NCBI GenBank assembly: GCA_963828605.1
Contig: CAWHER010000001.1
Location: 696,318 to 760,317, forward strand
DNA: 64,000 bases
Origin: an uncultured Actinomycetota bacterium
GTDB lineage: Bacteria; Actinomycetota; Actinomycetes; Mycobacteriales; QHCD01
Reading direction: 5' to 3'
Positions 8,681 to 17,793 of this stretch are shown one piece after another; the stretch's first letter is position 1; each line of letters opens with the position of its first letter. The notes beneath the pieces are model-generated. The model was not told the origin of the DNA and searched no databases. It saw nothing but the letters and a program-made list of their open reading frames with translations. A program made the translations under genes and the position numbers.

Positions 8681-9541
8681 TCAGGCGGCGGGGGCGGCGC
8701 AGCGGAAGCCCATGTGCCCTGTCGTGCTGTCCGGGGTGTTCGAGGTCCGCGCCGCCACCCGATAGCGGTTGCAGTACGACGCGTGGCACAGGTAGGACCC
8801 GCCCCGGATCACCCTGGCCTCCCCGGTCGGCGGGCCCTGCGGATCGGCCCGCGTCTCGGGCCGATCCTCGCTGTGCCAGCTGTCGCTCCAGCGGTCGGAA
8901 CACCATTCCCAGACGTTTCCCGAGGTGTTGTAGAGCCCGAACCCGTTGGGGCGGAAGGACTTCACCGGAGCGGTGCCGAGATAGCCGTCCTCGCGGGTGT
9001 TCTCGCGGGGGAACCGGCCCTGCCAGATATTGCACCGATGAGCGCCCCGGGGCGTCAGATCGTCGCCCCACGGGAACCGCGCCTGCTCCAACCCGCCACG
9101 CGCGGCCCGCTCCCACTCGGCCTCGGTGGGCAGCCGCTTGCCGGCCCATGCGGCATAGGCCGTGGCGTCGTTCCACGACACGTGTACGACCGGGTGGTTC
9201 GGCCGCTCCCCGATCCCCGACCCGGGCCCGTCCGGGCATCTCCAGGTGGCACCACCGACCGGAAGCCACCACGGCGCATCGGGCACCACGCCGTCGCGGA
9301 CCGCGGACCCTGCCTCCGGCGCGAGCAGTGCATGGAAGACGTAGGACCAGCCGAAGTGTTCGGCGTCGGTGACATACCCGGTGCCCTTGACGAAGGCCGC
9401 GAACTGCCGGTTGGTGACCGCTGTGGCGTCGATGCAGTACGACGGCAGCAGCACCGACCGGACCGGCCCCTCACCGTCGCCGGCGAAGGCGTCCGGGTCG
9501 TTGCCGCCCATCAGGAATTCCCCCGTCGGGATGACCGCCAT
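8681..9541 (-). CDS. formylglycine-generating enzyme (SUMF1/FGE family)
   Basis: MAVIPTGEFLMGGNDPD...HPVVHVSWNDATAYAAWAGKRLPTEAEWERAARGG...NVWEWCSD...RGGSYLCHASYCNRYRVAARTSNTPDSTTGHMGFRCA are typical FGE-sulfatase domain motifs. The start is set at ATG 9539-9541, because the upstream part of the 432-aa ORF is Arg/Pro-rich junk. Confidence 0.88.
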   Translation of the reverse strand: MAVIPTGEFLMGGNDPDAFAGDGEGPVRSVLLPSYCIDATAVTNRQFAAFVKGTGYVTDAEHFGWSYVFHALLAPEAGSAVRDGVVPDAPWWLPVGGATWRCPDGPGSGIGERPNHPVVHVSWNDATAYAAWAGKRLPTEAEWERAARGGLEQARFPWGDDLTPRGAHRCNIWQGRFPRENTREDGYLGTAPVKSFRPNGFGLYNTSGNVWEWCSDRWSDSWHSEDRPETRADPQGPPTGEARVIRGGSYLCHASYCNRYRVAARTSNTPDSTTGHMGFRCAAPAA

Positions 9542-9642
9542 GCCCCGCCGCACCGCGGCCGGATCGCGCGGTGGACGGGCGACGTCAGGCCGGTCCTCGC
9601 CGGGTCGGCGGTCACCCGGCGAACGCGGCGCGCAGCACGAAC

Positions 9643-11136
9643 TCACCGGCCCACTCCGTCGACTGCGGCGTCGGCGATCCGCTCGCGGGTGTGGCGCAGC
9701 ACGGTGAGCGCCTTCCGGCCGGCGACGAGGTCGCCGTTCTCGACGTAGCCCTCCTCCCGCCCGGTGAGGCTCTCGACGAGTCGGGCACGCCACAGGTCGC
9801 GGCAGCCGGTGTGCGCGGGATCGCCGGCGAGATTGCGCGTCTCGTCGGGGTCGGCGACGAGGTCGAACAGCTCCTCGGACCCCGCGCCGGAGGCCCAGCA
9901 GTACTTCGTTTTCCCGTCGGTTACCCATTGCAGCGACTGGTCGAGCAGGGCGTGCTCGCCGTGCAGGTAGTCGCGCCACACCGGTCGCTCCCCACGCAGG
10001 AACGGCGCGAGGCTGCGGCCGTCGACGGACTCCGGGATCGGCAGGCCGGCGAGATCCAGCAGGGTCGGCATGAGGTCGCGCAACTCGACGACCTCGTCGA
10101 CGACATGGCCGCGGGCGATCGTCCCGTCGGTCGGGGCACCGGCTATCAGGAACGGGATGCGGGCGGAGCCCTCGTAGCCGTATCCCTTCCGGAACATGTG
10201 GTGGTCGCCCATCATCTCGCCGTGGTCGGAGACGAAGGCGACGACCGTGTCGTCGGCGAGGCCGAACTCGGTGAGCGCCTCGCGGATCCGGTTGACCTGC
10301 TGGTCGATCTGCGCCATCAGGCCGTAGTAACCGGCCCGGGCGCGGTGCACGACCCTCGGGTCGAGGTGCCCGACGAAGGCATCGTGCGCGCCGTCACGTC
10401 GGTGTGCGTCGTAGTGGTGTTCCCAGTCGCCGACCACCGGTTCGTACGGCGGCAGGTCCAGGTACTGGTCGAACGCCCACGCCGGCGGGTCGTAGGGCGG
10501 ATGCGGGCGGTGGAAGGACAGGTAGAGGAAGAACGGCCGGGTGGGGTCGCGCCGGTAGAGCCAGTCGATCGCCTGCGTGCCGAGCCACGAGGTGGGGTGC
10601 AGCGCCTCCGCCTTGTCCCAGGGACGGGCGACGGTGGAGTTGCAGCTCACCCCGTGGTCGAAGTAGTCGGCATCCGGTGTCGAGCCGGGCTGCCGTCGCA
10701 GCCACGGGACGTAGTCGTCGAAGAACTCGAACTGGCGCCGGTGCCCGCGCCGCGAGTGGTGCAGGAATCCGTCGTGCAGCAGCACGTCGTCGAAGCCGAT
10801 CCGGGAGCGCTCCGGCCAGACGTGCATCTTGCCGATGGCCTTGGTGTGGTAACCGGCCCGGCGGAATTCCGCCGGCATGGTCACCGGGTGCGCCTGTGCG
10901 AACGGGATGCCGTCCTCGTAGCCGACCCGCCCGTGCACCTCCTGGGACTGCCCGGCGAACAACGCGACCCGGGCCGGCACACACGTCGGCGTCGCGGAGT
11001 AGCCGCGGCTGAACCTCGTCCCGTCGCCGGCGAGCTCGTCCAGAAACGGCGTCCGGAGGTGCTCGTGGCCGGCCGCCGAAAGGCAGTCGCCGCGCCACTC
11101 GTCGACGCAGATCAGGACGACGTTGGGGGCCGTCAT
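9643..11136 (-). CDS. arylsulfatase-family sulfatase (Cys-type, FGly-dependent)
   Basis: MTAPNVVLICVDEWRGD... carries the CxPxR maturation motif (TPTCVPARVALFAGQ), plus GKMH and VSDHGEMMGDH. The start ATG at 11134-11136 overlaps the stop of the upstream gene (ATGA). Confidence 0.9.
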   Translation of the reverse strand: MTAPNVVLICVDEWRGDCLSAAGHEHLRTPFLDELAGDGTRFSRGYSATPTCVPARVALFAGQSQEVHGRVGYEDGIPFAQAHPVTMPAEFRRAGYHTKAIGKMHVWPERSRIGFDDVLLHDGFLHHSRRGHRRQFEFFDDYVPWLRRQPGSTPDADYFDHGVSCNSTVARPWDKAEALHPTSWLGTQAIDWLYRRDPTRPFFLYLSFHRPHPPYDPPAWAFDQYLDLPPYEPVVGDWEHHYDAHRRDGAHDAFVGHLDPRVVHRARAGYYGLMAQIDQQVNRIREALTEFGLADDTVVAFVSDHGEMMGDHHMFRKGYGYEGSARIPFLIAGAPTDGTIARGHVVDEVVELRDLMPTLLDLAGLPIPESVDGRSLAPFLRGERPVWRDYLHGEHALLDQSLQWVTDGKTKYCWASGAGSEELFDLVADPDETRNLAGDPAHTGCRDLWRARLVESLTGREEGYVENGDLVAGRKALTVLRHTRERIADAAVDGVGR

Positions 11137-12428
11137 ACGCGGGCTCCTGTCGTGTCGGCGGCGGCCAGGTAGGGGATGGTCTGCGGGCCTTCCGGCAGGA
11201 CGCACACCCGGGCATCCGGACCGGCGGCGGCAAGCGCGTCGGTGACCGTCGCACTGATGTCGTCGGTCTGGGCCAGGTGCGCGCTCCTCAGGTCCGCGTC
11301 CGTGAGGTATCCGGTGTGCATGACGACCTCGGCGTGACACTGGATCTTGGCCTGGATCTGGACCTGCCACTGGTCGGGGGTCACCGTGCCGGCGGACTCG
11401 ATCGCGTCGAGCAACGCCCGCGGCGACGGCCGGGAGGCCAGCACCTGCCGGTAGGAGCCGTGCCCCGGAAAACCGTCGCGGCACTCGGCGGCGCAGACGA
11501 TCAGGCCGCCCGCCTTGACGACCTTGGCGGCCGCCGACATGCCCTTGACCGCCTGGTAGAGGTTCTGGTCGAGCGGATAGCCGGAGTTGGTCGTGACGAC
11601 GACGTCGAACGGCGCCGGCACCGGCCGCATGGCGACCTGCTTCGCGGCGGCACAGGCCGACTCGTGCATGGCGAACAGCTCCCCCGCGAACGCCCGGACG
11701 ATCTGCTGGTCGCGGTTGAGAACGACGTCGACGGCGAAGTCGACCCCCGTGCCGGCGGCGATGGCGCGGACGTCGTCCTGCACCGGATTGCCCTCGATCA
11801 CTCCCCAGGTGGCGCCGGGATGGCCGATCCGGGCCGCGTCGTGCAGGGTGAGGACGGTCTCGAGAGCCGCTAGGCCGGGGGCGACGAGCTTGGGCCCGCC
11901 GGAGAAACCGGCGAAGAAGTGCGGCTCGACGAAGCCAGTGGTGATGCGGACGTCGGCGGCCACCCACTCCCGGTTCAGCCAGACGGGGACGCCGTTCCCG
12001 TAGCGGCCGCGCCAGACCAGGCTTGCGGTGTCCAGAGCGTCGTGGTTGACCACCCGCACCGACTCCACGATGTCGTCGCCGAGCATCTCGCGCAGCTCGG
12101 CGTCGGTGTTGGCCCGGTGGGTGCCGGTCGCGACCAGCAGGACGACGTCGGCGAGGTCCACGATGCCGTCGAGCTCGTCGAGCACCGCGGGGATCATCAG
12201 GTGCCGGGGCTGGGGGCGGGTGCCGTCGCACAGTGAGATCGCCACGGTCTGGCCGGGCCGGACCACCTCGCGCAGCGGCTTGCCGGCCACCGGATTGCGC
12301 ACGGCCTCCCGGAGCAGCCCGGCAGGGTCGGCGGCCGCCGGCTGGTACGCCGGCTCCACGACCGTGGTCGCCGCGTCGGGTAGGTCGATCGCGAGCCTGG
12401 ACCTTCCGTAGGCGAGCGACACCTGCAT
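11133..12428 (-). CDS. LarA-like nickel-pincer-dependent 2-hydroxyacid racemase/epimerase (DUF2088 family)
   Basis: MQVSLAYGRSRLAIDLP... contains VATGTHRANT and TGFVEPHFFAGFSGGPKLV, the His and Lys positions I recall for LarA. It is the first gene of the operon with the sulfatase and FGE. Confidence 0.75.
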   Translation of the reverse strand: MQVSLAYGRSRLAIDLPDAATTVVEPAYQPAAADPAGLLREAVRNPVAGKPLREVVRPGQTVAISLCDGTRPQPRHLMIPAVLDELDGIVDLADVVLLVATGTHRANTDAELREMLGDDIVESVRVVNHDALDTASLVWRGRYGNGVPVWLNREWVAADVRITTGFVEPHFFAGFSGGPKLVAPGLAALETVLTLHDAARIGHPGATWGVIEGNPVQDDVRAIAAGTGVDFAVDVVLNRDQQIVRAFAGELFAMHESACAAAKQVAMRPVPAPFDVVVTTNSGYPLDQNLYQAVKGMSAAAKVVKAGGLIVCAAECRDGFPGHGSYRQVLASRPSPRALLDAIESAGTVTPDQWQVQIQAKIQCHAEVVMHTGYLTDADLRSAHLAQTDDISATVTDALAAAGPDARVCVLPEGPQTIPYLAAADTTGARV

Positions 12429-12598
12429 GGGCTTCCTTCGGTCGGTGCTGACGCGACCCGTCCACCTTCCCACTCCGGGCCATGAGGCCGGGAACCCCGG
12501 TCCGCAGGTATCCGACTGTGGGCCCCTCGAGGCGGTCAGTCGGCCCAGACAGGCGGCCGGCCGAGGACGTCAGCGAAGGCACCGCTCCTCAGCCACCC

Positions 12599-12644
12599 GA
12601 ATGGAACCGGGCCATTCTAGAATGGTCGGCGTGTCGGCCCATTC
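12599..12644. promoter_or_regulatory. array of four GAATGG/CCATTC half-sites including the perfect palindrome CCATTCTAGAATGG; candidate operator
   Basis: The half-sites are GAATGG 12599-12604, CCATTC 12612-12617, GAATGG 12620-12625 and CCATTC 12639-12644. The array ends one base before the GTG start at 12645, inside the 216-bp divergent region between the larA-like gene and the ADP-ribosylglycohydrolase gene. Confidence 0.4.
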
Positions 12645-14768
12645 GTGATTGGAGCTCGCCGCGTGGCTCAGAGTTCACTGCCCGACGACTATGCCGAGCG
12701 GGTCTATGCCGGTGCTCTCGGCAAGTCTCTCGGTGTCTATCTCGGCCGGCCGTTCGAAGGCTGGACCTACGAGCGCATCATGGCCGAACTCGGCGAGGTG
12801 GATTACTACGTCCACGACAAGGTGGGTGTCCCCCTGCTCGTCACCGACGACGACATCGCCGGGACCTTCACGTTTCTGCGCGCACTCCCCGACTACGGCA
12901 ACGATCCCGGGATCACCCCGGCGCAGATCGGCCGGACGTGGCTGAACTACATCATCGAGAATCGCGCCATTCTCTGGTGGGGAGGCCTCGGGAACTCGAC
13001 CGAGCACACCGCCTTCCTGCGGCTCAAGCGCGGAATCGACGCGCCCCGCAGCGGATCGATGGAGCTCAATGGCCGGGTCGTCGCCGAGCAGATCGGGGCA
13101 CAGATCTTCATCGACGGATGGGCGATGGTCTCGCCTGGGCGGCCCGACATCGCCGCCGACCTCGCCCGGCGGGCCGGGAGCGTGAGTCACGACGGCGAGG
13201 CGGTCTTCGCCGCACAGGCGCTCGCGGCGATGGAGGCCCAGGCGTTCGTCGAGAGTGACATCGACAAGCTCCTCGACACCGGCCTGTCGGTCATCCCGGC
13301 CGGCTGCATCATCTCCGAGATGGTCCAGGACATCCGGGAGTGGCACCGGAGCGAGCCGGACTGGCGACGGGCTCGCGAGCTGCTGGCCGGGAAGTACGGC
13401 TACGACGTCTACGGCGGCAACTGCCACGTCATCCCCAACCACGGTCTGATCGTCCTCGCGCTGCTGTACGGCGCCGGGGACTGGGGCCGGTCGATGATGA
13501 TCGTCAACACCTGCGGCTGGGACACCGACTGCAACTCGGGCAACCTGGGCTGCCTGCTCGGGCTCCGCAATGGACTCGCCGGCTTCGACGGCGGGCCCGA
13601 CTGGCGGGGACCGGTCGCCGATCGGATCTACCTTCCGACCGCGGACGGCGGGCGCTCGATCACCGACGTCGCGACCGAGTCCGTCCACATCGCCAACATC
13701 GGCCGCGCGCTCGCGGGTCAACCCGCGGTCCACCCGAAGAACGGCGCCCGGTTCCACTTCGAACTCCCCGGCAGCGTCCAGGGTTTTACCGTCCAGCGTG
13801 GCAGTGCCGCACTGACGAACGTCGACGGACACAGCTCGACCGGAAGCAGGAGCCTCGCGATACGACCGGAGAGCGGCAGCGGACAGGTGGAGGTGACGAC
13901 GCCGACCTTCATTCCTCCGGACGCGATGTCGATGCCCGGCTACCAGCTGCTGGCATCGCCGACCCTCTACAGCGGCCAGCAGGTCCGCGCGGTCGTGGCT
14001 GCGGCCGCGGACAACGCCGCGGGCCTCGCGTGCCGACTGATCCTGCGGCACTACGACGGGGACGACGCACTCGTGGCGGTCGACGGTCCGGTGACGACCC
14101 TGGAGCCCGGGGCCGTGGGCGAGTTGTCGTGGCCGGTCCCCGACACGGCCGGGCAGCCGATCCAGTCGGTCGGTCTGGTCCTGTCCGGGGAGGGGACCAC
14201 GCCTGGCGTCGCCTTCCTCGATCACCTGACCTGGGACGGCGAACCCGACGTCACCCTCACCCGACCCGTCGACGGCGGGACCATGTGGCGGCGCGCGTGG
14301 GTCGACGGTCTGGACCAGTTCGGTCCGCGCTGGCCCGAGGCTTACCGCCTCATCCAGAACGAGGGTCGCGGGCTCCTGATCCACGGCACGGGCGACTGGC
14401 ACGACTACCGGGTCACCGCGACAGTCACGCCGCACATGGCCGAGGCGTTCGGGCTGGCTGCCCGCGTGCAGGGCCTGCGCCGCTACTACGCACTGATCGT
14501 CAGGAACGACGGCACGGTGCGGCTGGTGAAGTCGCTCGACGGCGAGCGGGTCCTCGCCGAGTCGTCGCTCGGGTGGGAGCTCGGACGCGCCTACACCCTG
14601 ACCCTCCGGGTCACCGGGTCGCAGCTTCAGGCGTCGGTCGACGGCACGGTTCTTCTCGCGGCCGAGGACGACGAACGGCCGCTCGACGGCGGCGGAATCG
14701 CCCTGATCTGCGACGAGGGACGGGTCGCCTGCGACTACGTACGCGCTCAACCCGCCGCACAGAGGTGA
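12645..14768 (+). CDS. ADP-ribosylglycohydrolase-family domain fused to a roughly 330-aa C-terminal beta-rich (lectin/LamG-like) region
   Basis: The N-terminal 370 aa have ARH-like motifs (VTDDDIAGTF, NTCGWDTDCNSGNLGCLLG). The C-terminal half (FHFELPGSVQGF...GWELGRAYTLTLRVTGSQLQASVDG) is not part of a normal ARH. The gene starts with GTG. Confidence 0.75.
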   Translation: MIGARRVAQSSLPDDYAERVYAGALGKSLGVYLGRPFEGWTYERIMAELGEVDYYVHDKVGVPLLVTDDDIAGTFTFLRALPDYGNDPGITPAQIGRTWLNYIIENRAILWWGGLGNSTEHTAFLRLKRGIDAPRSGSMELNGRVVAEQIGAQIFIDGWAMVSPGRPDIAADLARRAGSVSHDGEAVFAAQALAAMEAQAFVESDIDKLLDTGLSVIPAGCIISEMVQDIREWHRSEPDWRRARELLAGKYGYDVYGGNCHVIPNHGLIVLALLYGAGDWGRSMMIVNTCGWDTDCNSGNLGCLLGLRNGLAGFDGGPDWRGPVADRIYLPTADGGRSITDVATESVHIANIGRALAGQPAVHPKNGARFHFELPGSVQGFTVQRGSAALTNVDGHSSTGSRSLAIRPESGSGQVEVTTPTFIPPDAMSMPGYQLLASPTLYSGQQVRAVVAAAADNAAGLACRLILRHYDGDDALVAVDGPVTTLEPGAVGELSWPVPDTAGQPIQSVGLVLSGEGTTPGVAFLDHLTWDGEPDVTLTRPVDGGTMWRRAWVDGLDQFGPRWPEAYRLIQNEGRGLLIHGTGDWHDYRVTATVTPHMAEAFGLAARVQGLRRYYALIVRNDGTVRLVKSLDGERVLAESSLGWELGRAYTLTLRVTGSQLQASVDGTVLLAAEDDERPLDGGGIALICDEGRVACDYVRAQPAAQR

Positions 14769-15721
14769 CCGGCGCCGTCGCCGGAGAGCCGGCTGCGACT
14801 GCCGTGCCGGTGGTCGTCGTCGGCTCCCTCAACGCCGACGTCGTCACCCGGGTGCAGGCAATCCCCCGCCCGGGCGAGACGGTCCTCGCGTCGTCGGTGG
14901 AGATCCGCGACGGCGGCAAGGGTGGCAACCAGGCCTGCGCGGCGGCCCGACTCGGTGCGGCGACGACGATGATCGGGTGCGTCGGTGCCGACGACGCCGG
15001 CAAGGAGGCGGACGCAGGGCTGCGGGCGGCGGGGGTCGACGTATCCGCCCTGCAGGTGGGCGACCGGCGTACCGGGACAGCCACGGTCCTGGTCGCCGAC
15101 GACGGAGAGAACGCCATCATCGTCGATCCGGGCGCGAACGCCCTGCTCACGCCCGAGCATGTCCGCGACGCCCTCGCCGCCTTCGATCGGGCGGTGGTCC
15201 TCATCTCGCTGGAGATACCCGCCGAGACGGCGATCGCCGCTGCCGTGTGCGCGGCGTCGCGCGGTTTCACGGTGGTGGTCAACCCGGCGCCCGCGCATCC
15301 CCTGTCCGCAACCCTCCTCGCGGCCTGCGACGTTCTGGTCCCCAACCAGCACGAGGTCGACCACCTCGGCGTGGCCGACATGGCGACTCTCCTCCGATCG
15401 GGTCCGGACGTCGTCGTCGTGACCCGGGGGCGTCGGGGCGCCGACGTGTGGCGGGCCGACCGGGAGCCGCGCCACCAGCCCGCCTTTCCCGTCGACGCCA
15501 GGGACACCACCGGAGCCGGCGATGCATTCTGCGGAGGACTGGCCTGGGCCCTCGCCCGTGGCGAGGAGATCGATCGCGCCGTTCTCGTCGGAGCCGCTGC
15601 CGGTGCCCTGGCGACCCGGGACACCGGGGCACGGTCGAGCCTGCCCGGGCCGCAGGACGTCGCCCGGCTCATCGGCGGGGCCCCGCCGGGATCAGTCCCC
15701 GACCGCGCGGACCTGGCCTAG
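14765..15721 (+). CDS. ribokinase / PfkB-family carbohydrate kinase
   Basis: VVVVGSLNADVV, GGKGGNQACAAARLG and DTTGAGDAFCGG are ribokinase-type signatures. The GTG start forms a GTGA overlap with the upstream stop codon. Confidence 0.85.
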   Translation: MTGAVAGEPAATAVPVVVVGSLNADVVTRVQAIPRPGETVLASSVEIRDGGKGGNQACAAARLGAATTMIGCVGADDAGKEADAGLRAAGVDVSALQVGDRRTGTATVLVADDGENAIIVDPGANALLTPEHVRDALAAFDRAVVLISLEIPAETAIAAAVCAASRGFTVVVNPAPAHPLSATLLAACDVLVPNQHEVDHLGVADMATLLRSGPDVVVVTRGRRGADVWRADREPRHQPAFPVDARDTTGAGDAFCGGLAWALARGEEIDRAVLVGAAAGALATRDTGARSSLPGPQDVARLIGGAPPGSVPDRADLA

Positions 15722-16716
15722 CCCGACCGGCCGGGCGGTGCGGTCAGCTCGGGGTTCAGACGGGCGAGCACCTGCTGCACCGGTGGCGTGGCGTACTCGG
15801 CCTCGCTCGCGCTGAGCCAGCGGAATTCCGCGATGTCCCGGCCGGGCCGGACGCTCCCGTCGGCCCGGGCGTGGTAGCAGTACATGGTCGGCTGGTCCTT
15901 CCCGGTGGGATCGGATCCCTGCGCCGGCACCGAGAACGCCTGGCGCAGATCCGTCAGGCGCAGGCCGAGGTCCTCCTTGACGCCGCGTTCCAGAGCCTGC
16001 TCGAAGGTCTCGCCCGGCTCGACCACGCCACCGGGAAGGGCGAAGTGGTTGTGGTCCTCGCCCCGGACCGTCAGCAGGCGGCCACCGCGCAGCTGGATCC
16101 ACCCGACCATCGCGGACTCGGTCCGCGGGCCGCCGTCCGACGACACGCCGCGACCCCGGTCGGACCATTTCCGTGCCGGGTGCTCGTAGCCGGTGACGAA
16201 CCGCAGGAAGTCATCGGCATCACCGACCACGCCGAGCGACTTCAGGTAGACCGGGTTGATGTAGCCGCTCTCAACGGCCAGGTGCAGGTGGTCGATGAGC
16301 AGCCGGAAGAAGCCGTCGACGTCGAGCAGGGCGGTGGGCTTGCTGTGCAGGCCCAACTGACCCCAGGTCCAGACCTCGAACAACTCCTCGAGCGTTCCCG
16401 CGCCGCCCGGCAGCGCCACGAACGCGTCGGCGAGGTCGGCCATCCGCGCCTTGCGGTCGTGCATGGTCGTGACGATGTCGAGCCGGGTCAGGTCGGGGTG
16501 CGCGATCTCCTGGTCGGCAAGGTGGCGGGGCATCACCCCGACGACCTCGCCGCCCGCAGCCAGCGCCGCGTCGGCGACGACGCCCATCAGCCCCACCCGG
16601 CCACCGCCGTAGACGATGCCCACCCCGGACTCGGCCAGGCGCCGGGCGAAATCGGCCGCCGCCCGCCGATGAGATTCCGGTCCCTCGCCCGACCCGGTGA
16701 ACACCGCAACCCGCAC
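15718..16716 (-). CDS. LOG-family (TIGR00730-type nucleotide phosphoribohydrolase) / Nudix hydrolase fusion protein
   Basis: The N-terminus has VYGGGRVGLMG and LPGGAGTLEELFE (LOG motifs). The C-terminus has LPGGVVEPGETFEQALERGVKEDLGL, a Nudix box reading RGVKED where REUXEE is expected. Confidence 0.8.
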   Translation of the reverse strand: MRVAVFTGSGEGPESHRRAAADFARRLAESGVGIVYGGGRVGLMGVVADAALAAGGEVVGVMPRHLADQEIAHPDLTRLDIVTTMHDRKARMADLADAFVALPGGAGTLEELFEVWTWGQLGLHSKPTALLDVDGFFRLLIDHLHLAVESGYINPVYLKSLGVVGDADDFLRFVTGYEHPARKWSDRGRGVSSDGGPRTESAMVGWIQLRGGRLLTVRGEDHNHFALPGGVVEPGETFEQALERGVKEDLGLRLTDLRQAFSVPAQGSDPTGKDQPTMYCYHARADGSVRPGRDIAEFRWLSASEAEYATPPVQQVLARLNPELTAPPGRSG

Positions 16717-16819
16717 CCGGTCTCACCACCCCTTCCCTTCAACCGTACGACCCGATATCCGACTTGGGGTCGACATCCGGATGTGGCGACAGGACGGAAG
16801 CCTGGGCAGGCTTCGGATC

Positions 16820-17782
16820 TCAGTAGCCGGACTCTTTGTCGACGACGTTGACCAGGTCGCGGCCGGTCGTGAAGCGGCGGAGGTTCTCCAGGAAGATGTC
16901 GACGCCGCGTTCGCCGGTCTGGGGCGTCGTCGCCCCGTTGTGCGGTGTGACGATCGTGTTTGGAGCGGTCCAGAAGGGGCTGTCGGCTGGCAGCGGCTCG
17001 ATCCCATGGGCGTCGAGCCCGGCTCCCGCGATCTGTCCCTCCTCGAGCGCCCGCAGCAGCGCGGCGTCGTCGGCGATCCCGCCGCGGGAGAAGCAGATGA
17101 AGATCGCCGTCTCCTTCATCGCCCGGAATTCCGCGGCGCCGAGCATCCCGCGGGTCTCACCGGTGAGCGGCGCGGTCACCACCACCACGTCCGACCCGGC
17201 GAGGAAATCGTGCAGGCGTTCGCGCGGGAACATCCGGTCGACGTACGGCGCCGCCTGTGCCTGCCGGCGCAGTCCGTGCACCCGCATGTGGAACGCCTTG
17301 GCCTTCTGCGCGAGGTCGATGCCCGAGTGGCCGAGCCCGATGATGCCGCAGGTGAGCCCGGCGAGTTCGGGATGGGTGAACCGCTCCCAGCGGCGTTCCT
17401 CCTGCGCCCGGACCCAGCGGAGCGCGTTCCGGTTCAACATCAGGATCAGCAGCATGGCCTGCTCGGCCAGCGGGACCGCCCCATTGCCCTTGGAGCAGGT
17501 GAGGACGACCGGGCTCGCGACCATCTCGGGGTACAGCGCCCGATCCGGGCCGGCCGCCCAGGTGTGCACCCAGGTGAGCCGGTCGGCCTTGGCCAACGCC
17601 TCGGCCGGGATGTGGCCGGCGATCACGTCGGCGTCGGCCACATGGTCCGGCAGGTCGGCCGGATCCGCCAGATGCTCGACCGTGACCCCGGCCGGTGCCT
17701 CGGACCGGATGCGCGCGACCCGCTCCGGCGGGAGCGGACCCACGAGCAGAACCATCGGTGGACGGGCCTCGATCATCGACAT
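16820..17782 (-). CDS. D-isomer-specific 2-hydroxyacid dehydrogenase family protein
   Basis: MSMIEARPP... contains GIIGLGHSGIDLA (NAD-binding fold), VVVTAPLTGETRGM, FSRGGIADD and TPHNGA. The 869-aa ORF in the track is a read-through artefact. Confidence 0.85.
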   Translation of the reverse strand: MSMIEARPPMVLLVGPLPPERVARIRSEAPAGVTVEHLADPADLPDHVADADVIAGHIPAEALAKADRLTWVHTWAAGPDRALYPEMVASPVVLTCSKGNGAVPLAEQAMLLILMLNRNALRWVRAQEERRWERFTHPELAGLTCGIIGLGHSGIDLAQKAKAFHMRVHGLRRQAQAAPYVDRMFPRERLHDFLAGSDVVVVTAPLTGETRGMLGAAEFRAMKETAIFICFSRGGIADDAALLRALEEGQIAGAGLDAHGIEPLPADSPFWTAPNTIVTPHNGATTPQTGERGVDIFLENLRRFTTGRDLVNVVDKESGY

Positions 17783-17793
17783 CTCTCCGTCGG

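Noticed and set aside
9643-12582. A single 979-aa ORF spanning the sulfatase and LarA regions.
   Set aside because: Only the C-terminal 497 aa (from ATG 11136) are sulfatase-like. The N-terminal 480 aa are Arg/Pro/Gly junk lying out of frame over the LarA-like gene, which has its own clean frame at 11133-12428.
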